Assembly: GCA_951406725.2 (NCBI GenBank)
Contig: OX597814.1
Location: 50,964,001-51,028,000, forward strand
Length of the DNA stretch: 64,000 nt
Origin: Octopus vulgaris
Taxonomy: Eukaryota
Direction: 5' to 3'
Shown here piece by piece: positions 40,400 through 52,241 of the stretch. The notes below the pieces were generated by a model. The model saw only the letters and a list, made by a program, of their open reading frames with translations, did not search any database and was not told the DNA's origin. A program made the position numbers and the translations under genes. The stretch's first letter is position 1. Every line of letters begins with the position of its first letter.

Positions 40400-40822
40400 A
40401 AGAAGAAGTGGAAGCCTTAGTGAATAAGTTCTTCACCTCAAAGAACAAGAACCGGTATTAGGTATTAGCGGCAAGCTGGCAGAAACGTTAGCGGTATTTC
40501 GTCCGCCGTTACGATGTGACTTCAAATTCTTTGCCTTTCATCCTTTCGGGGTCGATAAATTAAGTACCAGTTACGCACTGTGGTCGATGTAATCGACTTA
40601 ATACCTATGTCTGTCCTTGTTTGTCCCCTCTACGTTTAGCCCCTTGTGGGTAATAAAGAAATAGGTATTAGGTATTAGCATGGGATCAAAGAACTGGCAG
40701 AAAGGTGGCTTCAGATGATGGAAAACGAAGGCTTTTGCCTTGAACATTTGGCTGCTTTTGCTGTAACTTGGCAAATAAAGCTAGTAAGTTACCAAAATAT
40801 TGTAAAACTTTCGAGTAAGCTT
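40400..40822 (+). mobile_element. Inverted copy of the same mariner 3' end, interrupted by a family B SINE
   Basis: gaagtggaagccttagtgaataagttcttcacctcaaagaacaagaac...gcatgggatcaaagaactggcagaaaggtggcttcag...aataaagc...aaaacttt aligns with the reverse complement of 39700-39900. Confidence 0.8.
40469..40663 (+). mobile_element. SINE family B with TSD
   Basis: 3' body near-identical to the 17344 copy, with short internal deletions; TSD ggtattaggtattag at 40454-40468 and 40664-40678. Confidence 0.92.
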
Positions 40823-41068
40823 GTTTAAATTTTAAAATATGCAGTTTAAGAACAATAGTTCTATTGTTAACTTGATTAGACAAAACATTATAAAATTCTG
40901 TGCTCATTCAATACAATATCAACTGTATGAACTTGTAGAATCATTACAGTTAATGTACTTCTTGATGTGTTTGGTATTAGCAGCACTATTTCTGTCAATA
41001 CAGCTCACATATAGACACACACCCACATACATGCTCTCTCTCCCTCCCACCCTCTCCTTCTCTCTCTT

Positions 41069-41103
<35 letters not shown>

Positions 41104-41199
41104 TACACACATACAACAGATTATTAATGACTGTAAAGTGTAGTTGTACAACATATTCATGATGCAGAGAATTTTTAATACAATAATTAGATGACTGAA

Positions 41200-41276
41200 A
41201 ATGATAATGATGATGATGATGGTAGTGAATGATGATGATGATGATGACGATGATGATGATGATAACAACAACAACG
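41200..41276. repeat. (GAT)n/(AAC)n microsatellite
   Basis: Direct reading. Confidence 0.9.
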
Positions 41277-42005
41277 ACTCTTACTTTTCCTCTCTTTGGC
41301 ACTTTCATTTAGTTTGAAACAGATACATAAAAATTAGACTATAATAAGCAGAGTAATACATCAACAGAGTGCCAGAGTGCTTTTGAAACAACTTAGTAGA
41401 TTTGCATACTCTTGAGGATTCCATGGTGCTGCAGTCTGTTGGGCTGTGACTCAGACACCTTAACTACTACATTGGGATTTTGTTTCGATTAGGGCCAAGT
41501 CTACCAAGCATGGACCAATGGTTAATGCGTCTATTGGCACATTCACTATATTTAGCATTGTTGAAAGCATCAACATATTGGTAATTGCTGATCAAAGTCT
41601 GTCTAAACACTTTATTGTTCCGAAATAAAAACAACAAAAGCAAAGCCAAAAACAAAAGGTCCCTATTTAATAAAGGAGCCAGGTTTCATAATAAATATGA
41701 CCACCAATCTCTTTTGCTTGATTATTTCTGCACTTTCCATTCAAAGCCCATTGTGTACAACACCAACACTACTGAACTGCGTGTCAAGGGAATACTTTTA
41801 TACCTCCATCCTTCTCTTAGTTATGGGTATGCTGTATTAACAACTCTATTTTCATTAGTCTTTTTCTTTCTTTCTTCCTTTCTTTCTTTTCTTTATCAAT
41901 CAACAAAATCATTCCATGTGTGAGTGTGTGGTGAAGGTTTTATATCGGAGTGAATATATGAATATGTTTGTGCATATATGAGGGAAAAGAGAGCAAGGAG
42001 GAGGG

Positions 42006-42058
<53 letters not shown>

Positions 42059-43309
42059 GTAGAAGCTAATAAGTAGGTTAGTGTGTATCAATAGATGTGT
42101 ATGGTGTATGTGGGTATAATGATAAACATACTGTGGGGGGAGTAGAATATAATTATATATGTGTGTGAATGTATTTGACTATAGTAGGACGTTTGTAGAA
42201 AGATAATGTATTTGTGTATGTCTGTGTGCATGTGACTGGTTACTCCTATATATGTCTTTATTTGTGTGTGTATGAATGTGTATACATGACATGTTGTGAG
42301 ATAGATGCTTGCAATGTAACAGACTGACAACAAACATTAAATGACATCAGTCTGTTCATAGTTATGTTATGGTAACACAGATAAAGATGTTGGTATTGGT
42401 AAACTATGCCTGAATTGATACTAGCACAAGCCATAAAACAAGTTCAAAGCCTATAGTTCCATGGTTCAAATCTCATCTTGATTGACTGTGTTCTTCATAC
42501 ATCATTAAAGTGGAAAACAAATTGATTAAGAAGCAAAAAGGAAATCAAACAAAACCTAGAAGCTAAATAACCATTGTTAATATCTTTAAGAAATGTTTTA
42601 GATCATTTATAAATCATATTTTGCTTTAAAAATGTTTTAAACTTTACTATTTGATAACTGTTTATTAGTTTCTTTATTCTTTTTTATTTGTTCAAGTCAT
42701 TGTACTGTGGCCATGCTGGGGCATTACTTTTATGGAGGGTTTTAGGTGATTATATTGACCCTTGTACATATGGTACTATTTTATCAGTTCCCATTTATCA
42801 ACTGGCTGGGTCATCCTTGTTGTAAATAACTTGCAGTAAATTTCACATGGTATTTGTCATATACATGGTGTGAAATTGCATACAGACAGGTATGAATATA
42901 CAGGCATACATGAAGAACTTCTATGTATTTTCCCTCTATAAAATTTCACTCACAAGAAACTGGTCAACCTGAGACTTAAGTAACAAATACATTTGTTGAA
43001 GTGCTTGTCGCTCAGTGGAATCAGACTTATAACCATATAGAATGGGAGAGAACTTCTTAACTTCCCAGCCATATCTCTGTGCGTACGAGTGTGTAGTGTA
43101 TATGTGAGTATGTATGTGTGTCATTATCATTGTTTGAATATCCATTTTTCCATGCTTGTATCATCATCATCACCATATATACGTATGTGTGTTTGTGTGC
43201 ATGTGTGTGTGCATGTGGGTGTATATATATATACACACACACACACACACATACATACACCTATGTCTGCATGTATAATTATATATGTGTATATATGTAA
43301 AATATGCAC

Positions 43310-43458
43310 ATGGTACACACACATCCAGTACTCAGACTTTCCCTGGCAGCAGCAGATATATTTTGATCCAATCACCATTTCATTAGCTGTCATATATATC
43401 TATTATAGGGAAAAGCCTGGTGCCAGGAAACTCCATGTACTGGATGTGAGTGTTCCAT
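43310..43458. repeat. Imperfect inverted repeat (~43-bp arms, ~65-nt loop)
   Basis: atggtacacacacatccagtactcagactttccctggcagcag aligns with atggaacactcacatccagtacatggagtttcctggcaccag, the reverse complement of the right arm. Confidence 0.85.
43409..43445 (+). CDS. Candidate 37-nt micro-exon (phase 0 to 1)
   Basis: tattatag|GGAAAAGCCTGGTGCCAGGAAACTCCATGTACTGGAT|gtgagt; reads GKAWCQETPCTG. The donor is consensus but the polypyrimidine tract is weak. Confidence 0.2.
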
Positions 43459-43604
43459 ACTTGTTATTGAGGTCTCTTTCTTTTGTTGTTACACATGTGG
43501 TTTGATAGTATATGTGTGTATATATGTATGTGCATATACATACACACACACGCATGCATGCACACACATACACATATATATACACACACGTGTGAGCATA
43601 TGTG

Positions 43605-43657
<53 letters not shown>

Positions 43658-44207
43658 TCATATATTTGTGTGTGTATATATATATGTATGTATATATTTA
43701 AATATGTGAAGTATTATTACCATTATAAACAGCAATAATGAGGTGGCTAGCAAGACTTCTACCACTTTGAACATAAAACTTGCAGAATATCTTGGCCAGG
43801 GGTCAAAGTAAGAATAAAATTATTAGAAGATTTTGTTGCATTGTAAAAGTGACTAACACAAGATTTTTTTCTAATGAAAAGATGAACATATACAAATACA
43901 CATGTGTGAAACTAAATGCTGTTGCCATGCATGAAGTTTAATTGTATATGTAATAAAATCACTTAACCAGTGTTAACTATGTTCTCCTGTGTCAAGAGAA
44001 AGAGCTAGTTGTACAGCTGCACATCCATTGTAATGTGTCCACTATTTTTGTGTTTCCAATGTCATAAGCCATCTAAGTTTACACCTCTTACTCTATTTCT
44101 GTGATCAAGTTTGAACGAGCATATATGATATGTTATCAAAACTATTAATTTATTGGATGCAATTAAACTTTTAACTTTGTCTTTTAGAAAATATATTTCT
44201 ACATCCA

Positions 44208-44700
44208 TAGGCACAGGGCTGGACATGTAGTGAAGAAGCTCACTTTGCACCCACATGGTTTCAGGTTCAATTCCTCTGTGCAGCACCTTGGGCAAGTGTC
44301 TTCTACTATAGCCCTGAGCCAAACTATGCCTTGTGAGTGAATTTGGCAGACAGAATTTGTGTGGAAGCCCATATGTATATTTGTGTGCGTATATATATAT
44401 ATATATGTGTATATATATATATATATATATGTATGTTCGTTTTGTTTATCTACCGCCACCATTTAACAAACGGTGTTGGTTTGTTTATGTCTCCATAACT
44501 TAGCAATTCCGTAAATGAGACTGATTTAACAAATGGTGTTGGTTTCTTTATGTCTCCATAACTTAGCAATTCCATAAATGAGACTGATTGAATAACTACC
44601 AGACTTAAAATTATAAGTACTGCTGTCGCTTTGTTCAACTAAACCTTTCAAAATGGTACCCCTGCATGGCCACAGTCCAATGTCTGAAACAGATAAAAAA
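44208..44700 (+). mobile_element. SINE family A with an internal 63-bp tandem duplication
   Basis: Family A head and tail; atttaacaaa(c/t)ggtgttggttt...aaatgagactg at 44461-44523 and 44524-44586. Confidence 0.85.
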
Positions 44701-45057
44701 ATTTTTTAATGTAGCTACTTTGTAAATTTTCTATGTGCTGCCTTTGATCTACTTGTCAGATGTTCCTGACTTTTGTGACTTGGTTTTAATGCTGTTTCAT
44801 TTGGGGTTCATTGAAATAATTGAACACTTTTAACTTTTGCAGTGTCCTTTTTTCATTTGCCACTTTATGTAATGTAACTGTAGCTAAAGGGATGATGGGA
44901 AATAAATAGACATTGTTACTAGAAATGTGAATCTAAAGTTCTAGTATGTAATGACGTGGAAATGATAATATCATAAGTAAATGATTTCTTACATTCTGAA
45001 AAGCCACAGATCAGTATTGAGGAGAGTGAGGGTATAGTTGATTGACTTTATTTTAAT

Positions 45058-45234
45058 ACAGGTGCAGATGTGACTGCACCTGTAAGAAATTTGCTTCCCT
45101 ACTGTATGGTTCTGGGTTCAGTCCTACTGCATGGCACCTTGGGCAAGTGTCTTGTATTATAACCATGAGCCAACCAAACCCTTGTGAATAGATTTGGTAG
45201 ACAGAAACTGAAAGAAGCCCATTGTGTATATGTT

Positions 45235-45235
<1 letters not shown>
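45058..45235 (+). mobile_element. SINE family A 5' half
   Basis: ggttcagtcctactgcatggcaccttgggcaagtgtctt...gaaactgaaagaagccc. Confidence 0.85.
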
Positions 45236-45287
<52 letters not shown>

Positions 45288-45407
45288 TCATTGTTTAACA
45301 TCCATCTTCCATGCATGCATGGGTAGGACAGTTGACAGGAGCCAGCCAGGTAGAAAAACTGCTCTAGGCTACAGTGTCTGTTCTGGCAGATATATATATA
45401 TATATAC

Positions 45408-45722
45408 AGATCATATCTTTCTTTTGCTTGGCTCAAATCTCATTTGCGAACCCATGGGAAACGAACCTCCACCAACTATTTTGCTTATATGTCTGTGCAC
45501 ACCTTTGAATGCAATGTATGCCAGAAGGTTTGCAAATCCAACGGAGGCCTCAGAAGACATTTTAAGACCCACAAAGATCAGAACTTATCTGCAGATCTTG
45601 GTGGTCCAAACTGGATGTGCAATCTATGTAGGTATCTTTTCAGAACATTGTCTGGTTTAAAAAGCCACATCAGATGCCATGATGGTTCTAAAGTACAGGA
45701 GGTGGTCATGACTGAAACATAA
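45408..45722 (+). mobile_element. Open frame with 2.5 C2H2 zinc fingers, probably the 3' end of a zinc-finger-bearing LINE
   Basis: RSYLSFAWLKSHLRTH...CNVCQKVCKSNGGLRRHFKTH...CNLCRYLFRTLSGLKSHIRCH; no TGEKP linkers; starts abruptly mid-finger right after a (TA)n tract. Confidence 0.6.
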
Positions 45723-46017
45723 ATAAAAATATTTAACTTTAATTTCCATGTCAAACAACTACAAAATTTCTAATCTGTCAACTTCACTCTATTACTTTCT
45801 ATTACAAATATCCTCAATGTAATATCTCAAAAATTTAAACAGTTGTATTACAAAGAAATCCTTTTGTTTTATCTCACTCAAAACTCTTTTTCTTTAACTG
45901 CAATTGTTTATTGTTATCTCTAATTTATTTATTTCTATTGATATGTCATTACTGAGTTAAGCTAATCAGGAGAGCAGTTAATTTCTATAGTCATCTTATA
46001 ACCCAAGATTTTTCTAG

Positions 46018-46196
46018 TTATGATGTGTGCAGTTTGTAGTTGTAGAGAAAACATTGGTAAACCAAGTATTCAAGTACGACAATACAGTCCTGGAAAAGAT
46101 GTATTGAGCAAGGTTGCTGAAAAGGAGAGAGGAGACAAGCATCAATTTTACATTGACTCAGAAAAGTCAAAAGAACAAATACTGATGCTTGTAAAG
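46018..46196 (+). CDS. Candidate coding exon of an unknown gene
   Basis: Acceptor gatttttctag, purine-rich non-repetitive open frame MMCAVCSCRENIGKPSIQVRQYSPGKDVLSKVAEKERGDKHQFYIDSEKSKEQILMLVK, donor AAG|gtaaaa; other frames closed. Confidence 0.35.
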
Positions 46197-48632
46197 GTAA
46201 AATGGACAGAGAGCGTAGATTAGAACTGCAACTGAAGGTCATCATATGTTGATGTAGAGTGCTTGCAGCTGAGAATGTATCTCTCAGGAAGATGTGTTTT
46301 TCTTGGATCTAGTCTGTATGTATGTGTATCAGTAAAATTAAGTAGATTTAACATAAAAATGAAAAGGCAATGTGATAACAGCAATAATAATAGTTTCTTA
46401 TATAAACATAAAGTATAAGAATAAGAATTGCGATTAGTTTGTGACATGTATGCCATGTCATTCCCAAGAGTACTAATAACGTAAGTGAAGTTATTCCAAC
46501 TTGGTTGCAAATTCAGTTCAGCAAGAACTTACCACTTTACTATGCTGCCAGTCACAATCATTAATAGCAGCAGCAGTAGTAGTAACAACAACATTTTACT
46601 CTTAACTAGTTCCTGTTCAGTTTTAAACATTTGTCCCTGTGTGTAAGTATATGTTTCTCACACTGCCATATTTTTCTGTCTATGCCATTAACAATGTTAT
46701 TTAAGTTAACTGAAATGAAACCAATATGACTACTTTACTGTAAGAATGAACCTCATGCACACAACTCACACATACATCATATCAACCTTCTAATAGAGTT
46801 GCTCTTCGCAAAAGGATCTGTAAAGCAACAGAAAAAAGCTTGTGTGTTTATATTAAATTTCTCTTGGGAGCAATTATTGCTGGTAATCTCACTTGGAATT
46901 TCCAATTAGAAATAGCCTATCTCCCACATGATAATTCTGATAAACAATTTTTTTATCCTTCTTGAGAGAGGGGGAGAGGGAGAGAAAGAGAGAGACAGAG
47001 AGGGAGAGAGTTGAAGCAGTCTCTCTAATTGTATAGATTTGTTTCACATTTTATCAAAAGTTTTTTCCAATAACAACTTTTTTGTTACTTTTTTTTTTTA
47101 AATCATTTATATTCGTTATTTTTCACCAACAATTCTCCTGTGATGAAAATGACCATTTTTGTCAGCCTCTTTTATATCAGACTTAGCTCCCAATCTGATT
47201 TCTGGTTCCAGAATCAATCATTCATGACATTTTTGACCTTTTAGGAAACATAGTTATTGTTTGATGTTTGAATGTTCATCTTATATTTTCAGCTTTGTAA
47301 CAGTTCAGTCATCTTTCCCCCACTCTAAACAATCTAATCTCATTTTTCTGTTTACTTAGTTTCAAAACAATCTTTAGATTATTCCAAAGAATAATATAAA
47401 AATATTATGTACATTTATTTATTTATTTATTTATTCAACTGTTTGTTTTCTTTTATTTTTTTTATATTTTTATTTATGCATTTATTTATTTATTCACTAT
47501 TTTTCTGCTTGTGTGACAAATATTCAATCAAAAACCTGTCACTCCTCACCATTTAGCTTACAGAAACAATCTCCAGACTTCCTCAAAGGCCTCTTTGCAT
47601 TATGAAGCATGTTATGTAAATAAAATATGGTTATAAATCACGCAACACTCTTAACATGAAACTACATCTGCTAAATGTTCCTCTAGTGTGTGTATGTGTG
47701 TTGCCCTACAGATTATATTTTTTTAATAGTCTAAACAGTTTCTTTTTAAGTCTTGCTCCTTCATTAACTATGGTCTATTCTAAATGTGTTCATTATACTA
47801 AAAAAAAATAATCTATTTTGGAATCTGAACATGTTTTCCCCAATTTAACATATCTTTCTATTGATTCTCTCAGCTAAAACTCTAGTCAGATTTGAATCTA
47901 AAATAACTTGTCATATTATTTATCAATAATCCTTTTCTATTAGCTTTGTAGCCAGTTACTGAAAGAGGAAGCATATAATTCCAGTGGAAATATCACTTTC
48001 AATGGAATTATATTGTTTCAATTGAGATAAAATGACAGTGAGGTTGAAAGTATTGAGCTACTAACTGCATTAATCATGTGTTCAATCCTCACTACAGCAG
48101 TTATATTATGTTCCAGAGTAAAGGGTATATCTTTGCCTCCCTGACTTCACCAACCAGTGACATTTTCTAATCTATTTTACAATTATATAGTTTGTACATG
48201 GAAGGGTATCCACTTTAAAAAAAAAGCATATTCTTTGGATCAAAAGCCCCCTTAGCCATTAATAAGATAGAAGAGCCGATGTAAAGTTGGGAAATAAATT
48301 AGCTCTATAAATGGGAAAGTGGTGGAGAGCAGAAATTATGTGCACTTTGGCATCATTTTTCAGTACCTTGTGACTCACTGCTCTGTTGATTGGCTTGGTC
48401 CTTCCCCCTTTGAAGACTGGTGAACAACGTTACAGTAATCAATGGAACTTGCCAATCTGCTATACAAGTAGCAGTCAAATTTCCTTCATATCACACTTTA
48501 GTGTTGTGAAATGGTCACAGCTGGAAAACTTTGTTCATATGTATCAGCTCATTCAGAGAAGGCCTGGCACTCAACAGCTACAGAGGTTGCATGAATACTA
48601 AACTTGTTCTTAATTTTTGTTTGTAATTCTAT

Positions 48633-48945
48633 TTTCTCATTTTCGCCCTTTTCAAGCCTAGCCAGGCTCATGGGCCCGGTTTCCTGGTTTCTGTGGCGTA
48701 TGTGTTCCTCCCACCTGGACGGGATGCCAGTCCATCGCAGCATTACTCAAGAAACAGGAAGAAAGAGTGAGAGAAAGTTGGAGCGAAAGGGTACAACAGA
48801 GGTCACCACCACCCCCTGCCAGAGTCTCGTGGAGCTTTAGATGTTTTCGCTCAATAAGCACACACAACACCCGGTCTGGGAATTGAAACCACAATCCTCC
48901 GACCACGAGTCCGCTTCCCTAACCACTAGGCTATTGTGCCTCCAC
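48633..48945 (-). mobile_element. tRNA-derived SINE family D with TSD
   Basis: Minus head gtggaggcacaatagcctagtggttaggg...ggtttcaattcc; TSD ttgtaattctat at 48621-48632 and 48946-48957. Confidence 0.92.
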
Positions 48946-49081
48946 TTGTAATTCTATACTGTTGAAAAATAGTTTTTAATTTCTATTTAGAAACTTTAAA
49001 TTCACCTAACTTTTTACAAAGACAAGATGGGCAAGTAAAGATTTCAAATGGGTCAAAAATTTGCCAAGAGCTTTATCTATT

Positions 49082-49297
49082 CTTTTATCTTTTACTTGTT
49101 TCAGTCATTAGACTGCAGCCTTGAAGATTTTTTAGTTGACTGTATCAACCCCAGTACTTATTATTTTTTTCAAGCCTGGTACTTATTCTATCAGTTTCTT
49201 TTGCTGAACCACTAAGTCATGGAGACATAAACACGCAACACCAGTTGTCAAGTGGTGGTGGTGGGGATGAACACTAGCACAAAGACACACACACACA

Positions 49298-49369
<72 letters not shown>

Positions 49370-49531
49370 CACGATGGGCTTCTTTCAGTTTCCTTCTTCC
49401 CAATCCACTAAGAAGGCTTTGGTCAGCCCGAGGCTATAGAAGACACTAGCCTAAGGTGCCACGCAGTGGAACTGAACCTGGAACCATGTGGTTGGGAAGC
49501 AAACTTCTTACCATACAGCCATGCTTGCACC
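49082..49531 (-). mobile_element. SINE family A
   Basis: Reverse-oriented tail (tacttgtttcagtcatt), internal (TA)n and head (cttcttaccatacagccatgcttgcacc). Confidence 0.88.
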
Positions 49532-49905
49532 TCTGTAATTATCTGAATTAATAAAATCATCAAATCATAAATAGATAAACTGAATGTCACGCTTCAAAAA
49601 GATCTTTCATAATTCGTCTTTGTTTTTACCCCAGCAATAGTTTTTAGTGTCTGGCAGTTGTTAACCTGTACAAGACCAGTAGCAAGTCTGCTTATAACTA
49701 AATTAGCCAAGGAGCCAAGTCTTTCCCAAACACTGAAATGAGGCTCTTCACTTATTAAGGCAAAAGATAACCAGTCAACTGATAAATCTACCCCTGAATG
49801 CTATAATTGGCATTCATTCTTCTAGCACAGGGTTTGTAACACCAAATTGGACAATTTGAAAATGGAAGATATATTACAAATTAAAAGCAGCTGTAGTAAT
49901 GTAAA

Positions 49906-50135
49906 CATTATCAGTTGTGCATCCATTGTGTATGCATTTTGTTTATACACCAAATTTGCTGCAAGATAGCATCTGGGGAAAGCTCTGTACACAACGCCAA
50001 ATGTTATAGAATACCTGAATGTCACAGATCAGGTGAGTTGTGAGCGTCGTGTAGCAAGCTTTCCCCAGACACTATCCCACAGCAAATTTGGCATATAGAC
50101 AAAACACATACACTATGTATGTGCAGCCAATAATA
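49906..50135. mobile_element. ~230-bp palindromic (foldback) MITE-like element
   Basis: ccaaatttgctgcaagatagcatctggggaaagct pairs with agctttccccagacactatcccacagcaaatttgg; pairing extends outward ~45 bp and inward to acctga/tcaggt. Mismatches are mostly CA/TG (CpG decay). Confidence 0.8.
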
Positions 50136-52173
50136 TGCTTCAAACATAGTAAAAAGAATTCTATTTAGAGAGCATAATCCTTGTATATTATAAAAATGAA
50201 CATATTTAATGGTGAAATAGTTAAAAAATAAATTACATTCTACTTTCATGTTATTTGAAACCCCTTACTAATTTTTGACAGAAATGATTTTTAAATGAGA
50301 AATTTTAATAGCTACAATATCCACAATATATGTTGCCTATACAGTGTTCTACTGGCACCTTAGACTCAGGATTTTTCCTTCATGCATTAGTCTGAGATGA
50401 TATTGGATTTGTATGCAAATTTTGGAGAGTATTTGTTGCAAAATCATGACATTATTTGAAAAAGAAACAGAAAAAAATTAATCTTTATAATTATGGAAGC
50501 AGTATCTGACAGCTTTTTTTTTTTCCACCAAAGTATTTTTATTTTAAGAATACTAAGGTATATTAAAAATCCTATTCATAATTGCTGCTAATTTGTAAAG
50601 CCAATTGTATAGTTCATTATTGTCTCTTTCTAATTCCAAGCTGGTCTTAGTTATAGAAATTATCAATTGATGTTAATTGATATTTCAATAAAACGATATT
50701 TTTACTTTTCTTTTCTTTCTTAAGTTACCAACCACTATGATAAATTTTATTCGAAAGGCTATTAATTAATTAATATTTCTCAGTAGTCATATATTTCTTA
50801 TTTCATGGTGTATTTTTTAAAGTTTTTTTCTTGCAAGTTTAACCTACCTTTATAACTGAAAGTTTCCAGTTCATGCAGTCATTCAAGACTCAGATTAATA
50901 TCTAGTTAGAATAGCCTGAGGCAATAACTGGAGATGACAGAAAGTAAATAAATGATAAAAGTTAGATAAAGACTAAGGAGGATATTTTTTTTTTTGTAAT
51001 CTTAAAACAAGAGATACAAGAAAGACAGGGTGAAAACCATATACAAAACAGTAATTTTAAAGAGATGCGAAGAAGAGGTTATAACATTATAAAGATTGAC
51101 ATGGTGAGTTCATGACATAACCCACTATTGGTGCATCTAGTCATGCCAATTCTGAATTGTTTAGATAGATTATGGAACAGGGAATAATGAAACTAAATAT
51201 GGACACAAAGGAAATCAAAATAACTGGTCAAGTGGTCATTGTACCCATGAGATAAACCTAATGAATTGAACAAAATGTCTGACTTTGATAAGAGAACTAT
51301 ATTCTGATCTGAAAAAAAAATACATTTTTATGAATGTATAAAAATCACTTTAAAATGCTAAGTATGACATCTGAATAATGTATAAGATTTCAGTGCTCAC
51401 TTTCTAACTCTTCAGATAATCTTTTGTGTAGCTCTGTCTGACTCTGGTTAACCATAATTTTCTACAGCGCTTCTCAGTCATATTCTGCTTTTATTCTTGA
51501 CATTTATCAGATATCTCTTAAAAGTACTTATGGCCAATTGAATGTTTTGATATTACAAGTAAGAAATTGGTGAGATAAATACATTTACAATTTATTATTT
51601 ATATACAAACACAAATAAAACATTCCTGCACAATAATATAGAACCCTGGCATTATGTCTGGATATAAAGTGGTTTTATGTTATTATGTGTTATAAATAAA
51701 ACACTTTATTGTAAAAACTTTCTTGGCATACCATAAATTAATAAAAAAAATTTATTTTCCCAAGATGTGAGGATCCATAGAGCATGTGCTTATCTTAAGT
51801 TTCCATAACATTAAACAGATGAAAGATAAATCTCCCTCTGGATAGAAAACTAGTCTATTGCAAGCAGATTTTCCTATCAAAGGAATTGAATTCAGTACTA
51901 CAAACCAACAAAGCATTTATCAATTCCACAATATGGTCTCTATTTCCAGAAAGTATGTAATTGTCAACATTGTCGAAAATATGACATTTTAAGCAGACTA
52001 AATACCTTTGCTCTCAGGATAAATACTAAATACATTGACCGAATAAATAGCATACAATCAAGACCATGATCTGACCTGCAAGTGTTCACTATAGTATTGT
52101 ACACTAATAACTTCATCTCTTCATCTCTCTCTTTTTCTTAATCATTCTCCACTTCTCTTTCCTTCTTTCTCAG

Positions 52174-52241
52174 ATATAGGTCAACCATATGATCACCGTC
52201 TCTTACAATTAAAATATAAGGATCAGGATAAACTTAGTTAA
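52174..52241 (+). CDS. Candidate terminal coding exon (phase 1)
   Basis: Long polypyrimidine acceptor cttctctttccttctttctcag, then xIGQPYDHRLLQLKYKDQDKLS*. No homology recognised. Confidence 0.18.

Noticed and set aside
49915-50032. Cys-rich candidate exon ending at CAG|gtgagt
   Set aside because: It lies wholly inside a palindromic MITE-like element that explains the donor motif, and the acceptor is weak.
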